64,000 nucleotides of DNA from Thermoanaerobaculia bacterium (GTDB lineage: Bacteria; Acidobacteriota; Thermoanaerobaculia; Gp7-AA8), in assembly GCA_017883235.1 (NCBI GenBank), contig JADGNY010000004.1, positions 14,161 through 78,160 of the forward strand, read 5' to 3'. The position numbers and the translations under genes are program-made. How positions within the stretch are numbered: the first letter of the stretch is position 1; each line of letters opens with the position of its first letter. The notes beneath the pieces were generated by a model. The model did not search any database. It had not been told where the DNA came from and was given only the letters and a program-made list of their open reading frames with translations. This document shows, piece by piece, positions 32,047 to 41,808 of the stretch.

Positions 32047-33555
32047 GTGGCCAACCGCATGAAACCTGGATCGATTGCGATTGTTCTTCTGCTGGCCGCA
32101 CTGCCTTTGGTCGCTGCGCCCGGTGCGTTTACGCTCAGCGGCTCCGCATTCTGTTCCAGCCCCAATTCGGGCCAGCCTGGAGTTCATCTGACGTGGACTA
32201 CCTCTGCGAATGCGACGCAATACGATGTGTACATGGCCAGCCAGGAGGCTCCTATCGGCTCGGTACCGGCGGGCGGGTCGAACACGTTCGATACCACCTA
32301 CTTTGCGGCGATCTTCCAGACGCGCACCTATCACCTCATCGCGAAGGATAATTCGGGCGGCACATCTACCTCGAACTCAGTCGATGTCTTCATCCCACCG
32401 GACGTCTGTCCGCCGGGACCGTTCACCGTCTCCGGGAATGCCAGTTGCGACAGCGCAGCGCCGGCAGTCCATCTGAGTTGGGGCAGCTCGACCCAACAAC
32501 CGACGTTTCGCGTCTTCCGCGAAGGCTCCCAGATCAGCGGCGCTCTCAACTGGACGAACCAAAGCTTTACCGACGGAGGCGCTGTTGCTGGGCGCTCATA
32601 CACCTACACCGTGACCGCCTCGAATGCCAGCAAAAGCACAACCACGCCTCCGCTGAACATCACGATCTCGAGCACGATTTGCAGTGGCGGAACTCCACCG
32701 CCAGGAGCGTTTTCCGCATCAGCGAGCCCGTTCTGCACGAACGGCACGCCGGGCGCGCGCGTGAACTGGACAGCTTCCTCCGGCGCAACGTCCTATGTCG
32801 TCAATCGCAATGGCGCGCCGGTGAGCGGGACGCTGCCTTCGGGAGCCACATCCTACGATGACACTGCCGCCCCTGCCGGCCAGAGCAGCAGCTATGTCGT
32901 CGTGGCCTCGAATTCCGCCGGCAGCGCGACGGCAACGGCCGGTAACGTCGTCCCCTCCTGTCCACCATCCGCGTTCTCGCTGACGGCGACCGCTGCGTGC
33001 AGTGCGATCGCCTCGCCACCGTTACCGGTGGTCACGCTCGACTGGTCGGCGGCGGCGGCGACAACGACCAGCTATCTAATCATTCGCGACGGGATACAGA
33101 CCGGCCTCGTCAATGGGAACACCATGACCTTCACCGACACCGAAGCGGTCGCGGGTCAGACCTACCAATACGTTGTTCGCGCTGTCGGTCCCGGAGGCAA
33201 CACCGATTCCAATTCCGTATTCCTGGCAATCGATCCAGCGATTTGTGGAGCGCCGCCCTCCTGCGAGCTCTCGTGCGCCGCGAATGTCCCGGCAACCGGA
33301 GTTACGGGCGGCGCCATTTCGTTCGCGCTGCTCCAAGCGCCCTCGTGCAGCCAGTTTTACGTGGTGTGGACCTTTGGCGACTCGACAAACGCGAGCGAGC
33401 TCGCGCAAACCCACGTCTACACCAGCCCGGGAATCTATCAATGGAACGTGACGATCGTCGGTTCGGGTGGGCACAGCTGTACAAATAGTGGAACCATCAC
33501 GATCACATCGCCAGCGCCACAAATCCCCCCGAAACGGCGCGTCGCGCGACACTGA
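32047..33555 (+). CDS. Secreted protein with four tandem fibronectin-III-like modules and a C-terminal PKD domain.
   Basis: Signal peptide; four about 90-aa repeats (C..PG.FT.S..A.C......V.L.W..S.GATSY.V.R.G....G.L.....S..DT.A.AGQSY.Y.V.A.N). C-terminus WTFGDSTNASELAQTHVYTSPGIYQWNVTIVGSGG is PKD-like. Confidence 0.75.
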   Translation: MANRMKPGSIAIVLLLAALPLVAAPGAFTLSGSAFCSSPNSGQPGVHLTWTTSANATQYDVYMASQEAPIGSVPAGGSNTFDTTYFAAIFQTRTYHLIAKDNSGGTSTSNSVDVFIPPDVCPPGPFTVSGNASCDSAAPAVHLSWGSSTQQPTFRVFREGSQISGALNWTNQSFTDGGAVAGRSYTYTVTASNASKSTTTPPLNITISSTICSGGTPPPGAFSASASPFCTNGTPGARVNWTASSGATSYVVNRNGAPVSGTLPSGATSYDDTAAPAGQSSSYVVVASNSAGSATATAGNVVPSCPPSAFSLTATAACSAIASPPLPVVTLDWSAAAATTTSYLIIRDGIQTGLVNGNTMTFTDTEAVAGQTYQYVVRAVGPGGNTDSNSVFLAIDPAICGAPPSCELSCAANVPATGVTGGAISFALLQAPSCSQFYVVWTFGDSTNASELAQTHVYTSPGIYQWNVTIVGSGGHSCTNSGTITITSPAPQIPPKRRVARH

Positions 33556-33673
33556 TCTACCCGACCTCTCCACGCTCGAACTCGGCGGGCGGGTCGTCGC
33601 GAAACTCGTCAAACGCTGAAGACATCAAGGTCGCTGGCAGGGACGAGCCCGGCCAGCGACCTAAGAGAATCCG

Positions 33674-35368
33674 TTATGTCCTACGCGCGATGGCGATCAG
33701 TCCGAGCATGGCGCCGAGGGCGCAGAGCATCCATCCGCTCAGGGCGGGGATCGCCGATTGGGGCAGAAGCGGTACCGTGTACGAGGAGGTGTTATTGGCA
33801 GGATTGGTATCGGTCGTGGCGCTCGATACCGTGGCAGTGTCTCCAAATGTCCCAGGCGAAGCAACGTTGGGCGGAGTCATTGTTAGCGTGATCGGGTTCG
33901 CGGGGCCGACGTTCAGCGTGGGAAGGGTGCAGGTGACCGTTCCAGCGACGTTGTTGCAGGTCCAGCCAGTTCCCGAAGCGCTGCCAAAGGTTGCTCCGGC
34001 AGGGACTACGTCGACGACCGATACACTTGCCGCCGGAGAAGGTCCGTTATTCGTCACGGTGATTGTGTAGGTCATCGGCGTGTTGCCGAATGCCATGGTC
34101 GCGGACGAAGTGACGTTGATTGCGAGATCGGTCGCGGTCAGGAAGTTGACGATCTGGCCGAGCTCCGTGCCCGAGAGGCATTGCGTCGACGTCGCAGGAA
34201 GAAGGGCCAGCGCCGCAGCCTGCGCGTTCGCGGCGGCCTTCGACGGCTGGCCGGTGACGAAGTTCAGGATGGCCTTGGTCTGTCCGGGGGCCAGCGTGAT
34301 CGAGTAGACCCAGAACGGGTTGTCGTCTCCGTTCGCGAAGAAGATATTGGAGACGGGAGTCGGCGCCCCGGTCCCTTGCAGCACGTGACCGATGCGAACG
34401 TCAGACGAGGTGTTGCCCGAGTAGTTCTGAAAGGAGGAAATCCAGGTGTCGGTCGTCTGAGCCACGGCATCACCGTTCGAGGAATTGACGATGACGGTGT
34501 TGGAATCGGAGCCAAGATTGTTCGCGGTGAGCATCGTGAACGTCACCGGCGAGCCGGAGGTGTTCGTGAAGAAGTTCATCCAGCGGGCGTAGGTATCGTT
34601 CGGCGGAACGTAGACCTTTCTGCTGACCGAGAGCGCGCCGATCGTTTGCACCGGGAATGCGATCTGCCTGTTCGTGCAGTTCGCACCGGCAGGGACGGTT
34701 GCGTCGAAGACCGCCGGTCCGTTCTTGTTGTAGATCGTGAAGTTGGCGTTGCCGGTTTGGCACTGAGTGGTGGCATTCGTCAGGCTCACGCACAGCGTCT
34801 GGTAGCCGTCGAACATGTCGTTCAGAGTCGACATGGTGGTGCCGCCGCCGCTCGTCGTGGCGGCCACGGAGTGCGTGTACGAGGCTTCCGACGCGGCGCC
34901 GGATGCGGACGAGGTGGTGCTGAAGGTGATGTTGGTGTTGATGAAGTACTTCAGACCGCTGGCGTCGATCAATCCGATCGATCCGGTCGCTGTGGCTCGG
35001 GGATGGAAGGCTTGCGTCAGCGGCGTCAGGCCGTGATGCCGTTTGGCCAATTTGGCAGCCTTCTTCGCCAGGTTCTGAGCGACAGCGGCCGCATGTCTTG
35101 CCGCCCGGTCCGAGGCAACATCCGTGCCCTTGGGCGTCAGGTCGTGAAGCCGTTTGGCCAATTTGGCAGCCTTCTTCGCCTGGTCCTCAGCGACGGCGGC
35201 CGCGTGTCTTGCCGCCTGGTCCGACGCAGCATCGGTAGCCTGCGGCCGCAGGGCCGCCTGATCGGCCAGCGCACGGACCACCGAGGATCGATCGGTAACC
35301 GCGACATCAGCGTAGAGAATCGTTGACGAAAGGAGGAGAAACACCACCACCGCAATTGCTTTTTTCAC
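33674..35368 (-). CDS. Secreted DUF11-domain protein with an IPTL-CTERM-type C-terminal sorting signal.
   Basis: GTG start after GGAAAGAGAAAGAGG; signal peptide; a duplicated 38-aa ASDQAARHAAAVA..AKKAAKLAKR unit; DUF11 (ITVTNNGPSPAASVSVVDVVPAGATF). C-terminus IPALSGWMLCALGAMLGLIAIARRT resembles the IPTLSEWG-TM-RRR sorting domain. Confidence 0.75.
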   Translation of the reverse strand: MKKAIAVVVFLLLSSTILYADVAVTDRSSVVRALADQAALRPQATDAASDQAARHAAAVAEDQAKKAAKLAKRLHDLTPKGTDVASDRAARHAAAVAQNLAKKAAKLAKRHHGLTPLTQAFHPRATATGSIGLIDASGLKYFINTNITFSTTSSASGAASEASYTHSVAATTSGGGTTMSTLNDMFDGYQTLCVSLTNATTQCQTGNANFTIYNKNGPAVFDATVPAGANCTNRQIAFPVQTIGALSVSRKVYVPPNDTYARWMNFFTNTSGSPVTFTMLTANNLGSDSNTVIVNSSNGDAVAQTTDTWISSFQNYSGNTSSDVRIGHVLQGTGAPTPVSNIFFANGDDNPFWVYSITLAPGQTKAILNFVTGQPSKAAANAQAAALALLPATSTQCLSGTELGQIVNFLTATDLAINVTSSATMAFGNTPMTYTITVTNNGPSPAASVSVVDVVPAGATFGSASGTGWTCNNVAGTVTCTLPTLNVGPANPITLTMTPPNVASPGTFGDTATVSSATTDTNPANNTSSYTVPLLPQSAIPALSGWMLCALGAMLGLIAIARRT

Positions 35369-35462
35369 GACTACCTCTTTCTCTTTCCACGGAATCCGAA
35401 CGCAGCGGAGTTCTCTGGTTTGGAGTAGACCGCCGTGGAGTTTAACGGATGAACGCTCCGGA

Positions 35463-37652
35463 TTGCTCATAAAATTGAAGCCAATGACCTACCAGCGGCC
35501 CGCAAAAACAATAATCCCCGTCTTTCTCTCCCTAATTGTCGCACTTTCGGCGATCTCTTGCAAAAAAACTGAACGTCCGAACGTCCTGGTCATCACTATC
35601 GACACCCTTCGCGTCGATCACCTCGGCTGCTACGGTTTCACGCTGGCCCACACGCCCGCGATCGACAAGCTGGCCGGCGAGAGCGTGCGCTTTACCGATG
35701 CCATCGCAGCCGCGCCGATCACGATGCCGGCGCATTCTTCGATCTTCACCGGCCTCTTTCCCCCGGCTCACGGAGTTCGCGACAACGGCGCATACGCTCT
35801 CGGAGAGAACGCGGTCACGCTCGCCGATCGCCTCCACGCAGCCGGTTACACCACACATGCATTCGTCTCCGCGCTGGTGCTGAACCGCCGCTACAACCTC
35901 AGTAAAGGCTTCGAGACTTACGACGACGACCTCTGGGCCGAGGACGACCCGAAGCTGTTCATGATCCGCGAGCGCCAGGCGCCGAAGACCGCCGATCGCT
36001 TTCTGCAGTGGTTCGGCGACTGGAACAAGTCCCGCACGAAGCCGTTCTTCACCTGGATTCACTTCTTCGACCCACATCAACCATACCGGCCCTCGCTCGC
36101 CGACATAGCCGTCTCGGTCTCTCCGTACGACGCCGAGATCGCCGGTGTCGACCGGCAGATCGGAAGGATCGTCGATACTCTCCGCAAGACCGGCCAGCTC
36201 GACAACACGCTCTTGATCCTGATGGCCGATCACGGCGAAAGCCTCGGCGAGCACGGCGAGCAGACGCACGCCATTTTCGTCTACGACGCCACCGTGCACA
36301 TCCCTCTGATGATTCGCTATCGGCCGGCGTTCACCCCATCCGTCTACTCCGCCCCGGTGCGCTCGGTCGACGTCGTTCCCACGGTGCTGGGCATCCTCGG
36401 CCTGCCGGGAGGCGAATCGACCGATGGGCACGACCTCGGTGCCGCGATTCGGGGGAAAGAGCCCGCGCCTCAGCTTCCCCAGTACTCGGAATCGCTCCTT
36501 TCAGAAGTCGGCTTCGGCATGGCGCCTCTGTTCGCGGTCCGCGACGATGGCTACAAATACATCCGTGCTCCCCGCCCCGAGTTGTACGACCTCCGCAACG
36601 ATCCGCACGAGCTGAACAACATTCTGGCGAAGTTCCCGCGCATCGGCGCGAAGCTCGACGCGGAGCTGACGAAGCTGATGGCAGACAGCAGCCGCCACGC
36701 GGTGAAGGCGGCGGCCAGCCCGATGACCCGTGAGACCGAGGAGTCGCTGCAGGCGCTCGGCTATCTCGCGTCGCACGCGGAACGTTCCGGCATGCAGGGA
36801 ATGGATCCGAAGGACGGACTGCCGATTCACAACAAGCTCGAAGAGGCTCGACATTTTGCGCAGCAGAAGAAGTGGGATAAGGCTGAGGCCAAGTGCCTGG
36901 AAGTCGTGGCGCTGACGCCGCGGAACGTTTCCGCGATCAATGTCCTCGGCCTCATCGGCGTCAAGACCGGCGACCACGTGAAAGCGGTGAAGTACTACCA
37001 GCAGTCGCTGGCCATCGATCCGAAGCAGTTCCGCGTGTTCGGAGTTCTCGGCGGAATCGCACTCACCGAGGGCGACCTCGATAGCGCCCGGAAGAATTTT
37101 CAGACCGCGCTTGCCATCAATCCCCACTTCGCGGAGGCCATGGCCAATCTGGGATTCATCGAAGCGCTGCGTGGACGCGATCTCGCGGCCGAGCAGTGGT
37201 ATCGAAGGGGAATGGCGGCCGACCCGACCTTTCCCCGCGTCTACCGGAGGCTCGGCGATCTTTACTACGACCGGAAAGACTTCGCCCACGCCTACGCCAA
37301 CTACACGAAAGTCATCCAGATCGAGCCGTCGGACGTTCGCGCGATCGTGCAGGCCGGAAACTGCGCGCGCCGCCTCAACCACAACGACGAAGCCGACAAA
37401 TTCTTCCGCCGCGCTGAAGTCCTGCGTCCCAACGGATGGATTCCGACCTACAACCGGGCCTGTCTCATGGCCGCGGCCGGAAAGCCGCAGGAAGCATTGA
37501 CGACGCTCGAAGCCCTGGCCCAGCGCCACACCGTTCCCATCGCCCTCATCGAGCGAGACACAGACCTGGCCTCGATGCGGTCGCTGCCGGGCTACGCCGC
37601 GCTGAAGCGAAAACTGACGGATACCGGCGACGACGACATCGAAGACAACTGA
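35463..37652 (+). CDS. Sulfatase-like hydrolase/transferase (alkaline phosphatase superfamily) fused to C-terminal TPR repeats; lipoprotein.
   Basis: NVLVITIDTLRVDHLGCYGF and MPAHSSIFTG N-terminal motifs; lipobox AISC. C-terminal 300 aa are TPR repeats (AINVLGLIGVKTGDHVKAVKYYQQSLAIDP...). Confidence 0.8.
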   Translation: MLIKLKPMTYQRPAKTIIPVFLSLIVALSAISCKKTERPNVLVITIDTLRVDHLGCYGFTLAHTPAIDKLAGESVRFTDAIAAAPITMPAHSSIFTGLFPPAHGVRDNGAYALGENAVTLADRLHAAGYTTHAFVSALVLNRRYNLSKGFETYDDDLWAEDDPKLFMIRERQAPKTADRFLQWFGDWNKSRTKPFFTWIHFFDPHQPYRPSLADIAVSVSPYDAEIAGVDRQIGRIVDTLRKTGQLDNTLLILMADHGESLGEHGEQTHAIFVYDATVHIPLMIRYRPAFTPSVYSAPVRSVDVVPTVLGILGLPGGESTDGHDLGAAIRGKEPAPQLPQYSESLLSEVGFGMAPLFAVRDDGYKYIRAPRPELYDLRNDPHELNNILAKFPRIGAKLDAELTKLMADSSRHAVKAAASPMTRETEESLQALGYLASHAERSGMQGMDPKDGLPIHNKLEEARHFAQQKKWDKAEAKCLEVVALTPRNVSAINVLGLIGVKTGDHVKAVKYYQQSLAIDPKQFRVFGVLGGIALTEGDLDSARKNFQTALAINPHFAEAMANLGFIEALRGRDLAAEQWYRRGMAADPTFPRVYRRLGDLYYDRKDFAHAYANYTKVIQIEPSDVRAIVQAGNCARRLNHNDEADKFFRRAEVLRPNGWIPTYNRACLMAAAGKPQEALTTLEALAQRHTVPIALIERDTDLASMRSLPGYAALKRKLTDTGDDDIEDN

Positions 37653-37707
37653 CGCGCACCGTCGCGCCTTTGGACGTTTTGGAGTCGCTGGTGAAGCCGG
37701 CGCAAAG

Positions 37708-38536
37708 CCGCGGAGCGGCGCTATCTACGTAGCCCACAGCGTGAGCTGTGGGACTCAGATACGAACCGTTTTCAAGCCGCGGAGCGGCGACATCTCGGAG
37801 TGATCACTCCTACATATACCGCTCGTCGCACGCCAACATCATGGGCGACGTTCGAGATGTCGCCGCTCCGCGGCTGGAGATTAGCCCGCATTTCTCACAG
37901 CCTTCTTGAAGCACTTGCGACTCCCTTAATCGAGAGTCCTTCTCCCCCCGCGGTTTCTTGCGGGGGGAGAAGGGGGTTCTGACCGGGGACTTCGAGGACA
38001 TAAACCGGAGACATCGAGGACGGCTCGAACATGATGGATCCGGGGGTATTTGGATGCCTTGGAGGAACCCGATGAGCGCGAAGGAAGCATTGATGTGGGA
38101 TGTAAACAACGGGATGAGCGTGACCATGGCCGCGGAGGTTCACGGCGTGAAGCGCTCGTGCGCATACAAGTGGGTAGATCGATATCGGCGGCTTGGCTTG
38201 GCCGGACTGGAGGAGATGTCGCGAGCACCGGAGGGTTCTGACCGGGTGCCGAAGGCGGATGAGGGGGCGGTTCTCGCGCTGAAGTTGAGTGTTTTCATGA
38301 GTTTCCCACGCCCGTTCCTGAAAATAGTTCACTGCTCGGCAAGAGCCAACGCCCCCTCATCCGCCTGTCGGCACCTTCTCCCCCAGCTGAAAAGCGCTGG
38401 GGGAGAAGGCTCTCGACGAGTAACAGGGTGGCGACGATTCCATGTGAGAGTGTGAGAAATGCGGGTTAGCCCGGGTTAGCCCGATCACAACCCCACAGCT
38501 CACGCTGTGGGCTACGTAGATTGCGCCGCTCCGCGG
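37708..38536. mobile_element. Degenerate IS-derived element with 44-46 bp terminal inverted repeats and a remnant HTH ORF.
   Basis: Left end CCGCGGAGCGGCGCTATCTACGTAGCCCACAGCGTGAGCTGTGGG and right end CCCCACAGCTCACGCTGTGGGCTACGTAGATTGCGCCGCTCCGCGG are near-perfect reverse complements. Internal ORF 37958..38455 carries MSAKEALMWDVNNGMSVTMAAEVHGVKRSCAYKWVDRYRRLGLAGLEE, an IS481/IS3-like transposase N-terminal HTH. Two internal CCTTCTCCCC...GGGGAGAAGG hairpins. Confidence 0.55.
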
Positions 38537-38561
38537 CGAACAACGCGCGCCGAAGGCGCGT

Positions 38562-39824
38562 TCACGCCGTTACCGACTCCGAGACCTCCGCCCCCTTCGG
38601 CACGACCACGATTCCGGTATCGGTCACGGTGAAGCGCTGGCGATCGGCTTCGAGGTCGTAACCGATGGTCGTGTTCGGCGGGATCTTCACCCCTTTGTCG
38701 ATGATCGTCCGTTTGATCTTCGAGTGGCGGCCGATCTCCACACCGTCCATCAGAATCGACTCGTCGACGTCGGTGTACGAATGGATGCGGACGCGCGGAT
38801 GGAGCACGCTCCGGTTGATCGTGCCGCCGGAGATGATCACGCCGGCGGAGACGAGTGAGTCGGTGGCGATTCCGATGCGCTGCGACTTGGAGTCGGCGAA
38901 CACGAACTTCGCCGGCGGCAGGTTCAGCGGCGACGAGACCATCGGCCACTGCGCGTTGTAGAGGTTGAACAGGGGAGTGACGGCGACGAGATCGAGCGAC
39001 GCCGCGAAGTACGAATCGATCGTCCCGACGTCGCGCCAGTATCCGCGGTTGATCTCGGCCTCGCCCGGCACGTAGTTCTGCCCGAAGTCGTAGGCGAAGA
39101 CCTTCATCCGCGGGTACATGGCCGGGATGATCTCTTTGCCAAAGTCGTGCGCCGCGTCACGCAGCGCGTTGCGCTGCAATACGTCGATCATCACGTTGGC
39201 CTTGAAGATGTAGTTGCCCATCGAGGCCAGGACCATGTCCGGCCGCCCCGGAATCGTCTTCGCCCCCTCTTTCGGTTTCTCCACGAAGCCGGTCACTCGC
39301 CAGTCGCTGTCGACTTCGACGATGCCGAAGTGATGGGCTTCCTCCACCGGAACCGGGATCGTGGCGATGGTCAGGTCGGCGTCATTGGTCAGGTGCTCTT
39401 GCAGCATCTGGTTCACATCCATCTTGTAGATGTGATCGCCGCCGAACACGCAGACGAACTCCGGCTGCTCATCAAAGATCAGCTCGAGGTTCTGGAAGAC
39501 CGCGTCGGCAGTGCCGCGGAACCAGAACGGTCCCTTGCGCATCTGCGCCGGCACGATGTCGACGTACTGGCCGATCTCGGGCACCAGCCGCCACGTGCGC
39601 GTGATGTGCTCGATGAGCGAGTTCGACTTGAACTGCGTCATCACCTTGATTTTGAAGAAGCCGGAGTTGATGAAGTTGTTGATGACGAAGTCGATGATGC
39701 GATAGCGGCCGCCGAACGGCACGGCCGGCTTGGCGCGGTCGCGCGTCAGCGGGTAGAGCCGCTCGCCCATGCCGCCGGCGAGGATCATCGTCAGAATGTT
39801 GCGGCGTGCCAGTGATCCGTACAT
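38562..39824 (-). CDS. glgC: Glucose-1-phosphate adenylyltransferase.
   Basis: [42 protein letters not shown] is the GlgC signature; the C-terminal left-handed beta-helix is present. Confidence 0.93.
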   Translation of the reverse strand: MYGSLARRNILTMILAGGMGERLYPLTRDRAKPAVPFGGRYRIIDFVINNFINSGFFKIKVMTQFKSNSLIEHITRTWRLVPEIGQYVDIVPAQMRKGPFWFRGTADAVFQNLELIFDEQPEFVCVFGGDHIYKMDVNQMLQEHLTNDADLTIATIPVPVEEAHHFGIVEVDSDWRVTGFVEKPKEGAKTIPGRPDMVLASMGNYIFKANVMIDVLQRNALRDAAHDFGKEIIPAMYPRMKVFAYDFGQNYVPGEAEINRGYWRDVGTIDSYFAASLDLVAVTPLFNLYNAQWPMVSSPLNLPPAKFVFADSKSQRIGIATDSLVSAGVIISGGTINRSVLHPRVRIHSYTDVDESILMDGVEIGRHSKIKRTIIDKGVKIPPNTTIGYDLEADRQRFTVTDTGIVVVPKGAEVSESVTA

Positions 39825-39902
39825 GTGAGGTTGATTCTTTCTCCAACCGGCCCCCGAAGCAATTCATGTGCTAAAACGCTTTGTCGGAACGGTTCTCGGA
39901 TC

Positions 39903-40862
39903 ATGGCGGAAAAGGACTACTACGACATCCTCGGCGTGAAGAAGGCCGCCGGCGCGGATGAGATCAAGAAGGCCTACCGCGGCCTGGCGAAGAAGTTCCA
40001 CCCCGACAAGAACAAGGGAAACAAGGACGCGGAGAACAAGTTCAAGGAGATCTCCGAGGCTTACGCGGTCCTCTCCGACAAAGAAAAACGCGAGCAGTAC
40101 GACCGGCTTGGGAAAGAAGCGTTCCACTTCGGTGGGCAGGGCGGAGCCAATCCCTTTCAGGGCGGCGGCAGCCCATTCGGCGGATTCGATTTCTCGCAGT
40201 TCAGCGGTGGCGGCGCGCGCGCACGCGGCGGCCGTCGCTCGACGGCGGGAGGCGGAGCCGGAGGGTTCACCGACATCTTCTCCGACCTTTTCGGCGGTGG
40301 CGCCAGTTTCCAGCAAGGGCCGGAGCGAGGAGCCGATCTCGAGGCCGAGCTGACGATCGATTTTCGCGACGCCATCCTGGGCACGACCATGGACCTGGTC
40401 ATCGGCGGCAAGGGCGTCAAAGTGAAAATCCCCGAGGGCGTGTCGGACGGACAGCGAATCCGCCTGCGCGGCAAGGGCTCTCCCGGCGGAAACGGCGGTC
40501 AGGCCGGCGATCTGAACGTGCTCATTCATGTCCGCCCGCATCCTCTGTTCGAGCGGCGTGGGGACGACGTCTACATCGACCTGCCGATCAAAGTCGGCGA
40601 AGCGATCCGTGGAGGCGAAGTGGAAGTGCCGACCATCCACGGCCCGGTGCGTGCCCGCATTCCCGCAGGAACGCAGGGGGGCCAGACCTTTCGCCTGCGC
40701 GGAAAAGGGGTGAAGAAGAAGGCCGGCGCATTCGGTGATCACTACTATCGAATCGAGATCACGGTGCCGAAGAGCACCGCACCCGAGGTCCTCGAAGCGG
40801 CGGATGCGATCGATGCTGCGTATGGCGAGGATCCGCGGGCGAAGCTGAATACGGGGCTGTGA
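39903..40862 (+). CDS. cbpA: DnaJ-class co-chaperone lacking the zinc finger (CbpA-like).
   Basis: J domain [33 protein letters not shown]; Gly-rich linker; two C-terminal beta domains; no CxxCxGxG repeats. Confidence 0.85.
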   Translation: MAEKDYYDILGVKKAAGADEIKKAYRGLAKKFHPDKNKGNKDAENKFKEISEAYAVLSDKEKREQYDRLGKEAFHFGGQGGANPFQGGGSPFGGFDFSQFSGGGARARGGRRSTAGGGAGGFTDIFSDLFGGGASFQQGPERGADLEAELTIDFRDAILGTTMDLVIGGKGVKVKIPEGVSDGQRIRLRGKGSPGGNGGQAGDLNVLIHVRPHPLFERRGDDVYIDLPIKVGEAIRGGEVEVPTIHGPVRARIPAGTQGGQTFRLRGKGVKKKAGAFGDHYYRIEITVPKSTAPEVLEAADAIDAAYGEDPRAKLNTGL

Positions 40863-40945
40863 GCGCCGCATTCCAAGCAGCAGGTGCTACCCTTCTGCGC
40901 GCTCCCATGTTCACCGTCTTCGTTGAAGCCGCACTGATTGGTGAC

Positions 40946-40976
40946 GAGAAGGCCCGGAGCGCGCTCCGGGCCTTCC
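40946..40976. terminator. Perfect palindromic hairpin between convergent genes.
   Basis: AAGGCCCGGAGCGCGCTCCGGGCCTT (13-bp arms) with no U tract. Confidence 0.5.
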
Positions 40977-41004
40977 ATGACTAAAGAAACGCTGTCAAGG
41001 GTAG

Positions 41005-41802
41005 TCAGCGGTCCTGCTGCAGCCGTTTCTGGACCGCTTCGCTGCCGCGGAGCGCAACTTCGCGGAGTGAAGCATCCGGGCTATGCGTCCAAGTTCGCAG
41101 CGCGCTGACAACCTCCGGTTCATCGGAGTGCGCCAGAGCCTTAAGGAGCACACTGGCCGTGGTGTACGGCTGTCCGACCAAGGGCGCTGCCGAGCCGTAG
41201 TCCCCCAGCCGCGCGAGTAGAACGCTCGTCATTTCGCGCTTCTCGGATGCGGAAAAACGGCTGTCGCGTGGATCGATCCAATAGCCAAGTGTGGCGAGCG
41301 CCTGGCGCTGTGGCGAGTGGCGACTGTAGCCGACGACATGCTCTTGCTCCCGAGCCATGCGAAGCACGTCGTCCTTCACCGCAACCCCCAGCGCGCCGAT
41401 CGCCTCGGCGTTGCCGTAGGTCAGGATCGCCGACTTCGACGGCAGGTCGCGTTCCGTTGTGATGCTGGTCATGTACCGCTGTAGATCATGTTGAAACTGG
41501 GTGACCGATTCGCTTTCGCCTTCCTGCGACGGCGTGTACTCGTACGTGAACTCCTTCGCAACGAGTTGGAAGAAGATCGCACGCGAGCGGCTGTCGACCG
41601 GACCGGCCGGGCACGCGGCCATCAGGTGCTCGATGGACGTGCGAGAGGCCCGCCATTCGGCGCGCGTCGCTGCGCCGCCGTGGTTATAGGGTAGAAGCAC
41701 CGAGCGCGAAAGCGAGCAATCGCTGGCGTTGCTGACGCCCGCCATCAGAAGCAGAAGGAGCAACCACACTGCGGAAACCATCTTTTTCATTTTGGTCCTC
41801 AT
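41005..41802 (-). CDS. Secreted hypothetical protein.
   Basis: 265-aa ORF with signal peptide MKKMVSAVWLLLLLLMAGVSNA; no recognised domain. Confidence 0.55.
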   Translation of the reverse strand: MRTKMKKMVSAVWLLLLLLMAGVSNASDCSLSRSVLLPYNHGGAATRAEWRASRTSIEHLMAACPAGPVDSRSRAIFFQLVAKEFTYEYTPSQEGESESVTQFQHDLQRYMTSITTERDLPSKSAILTYGNAEAIGALGVAVKDDVLRMAREQEHVVGYSRHSPQRQALATLGYWIDPRDSRFSASEKREMTSVLLARLGDYGSAAPLVGQPYTTASVLLKALAHSDEPEVVSALRTWTHSPDASLREVALRGSEAVQKRLQQDR

Positions 41803-41808
41803 TTCGTG

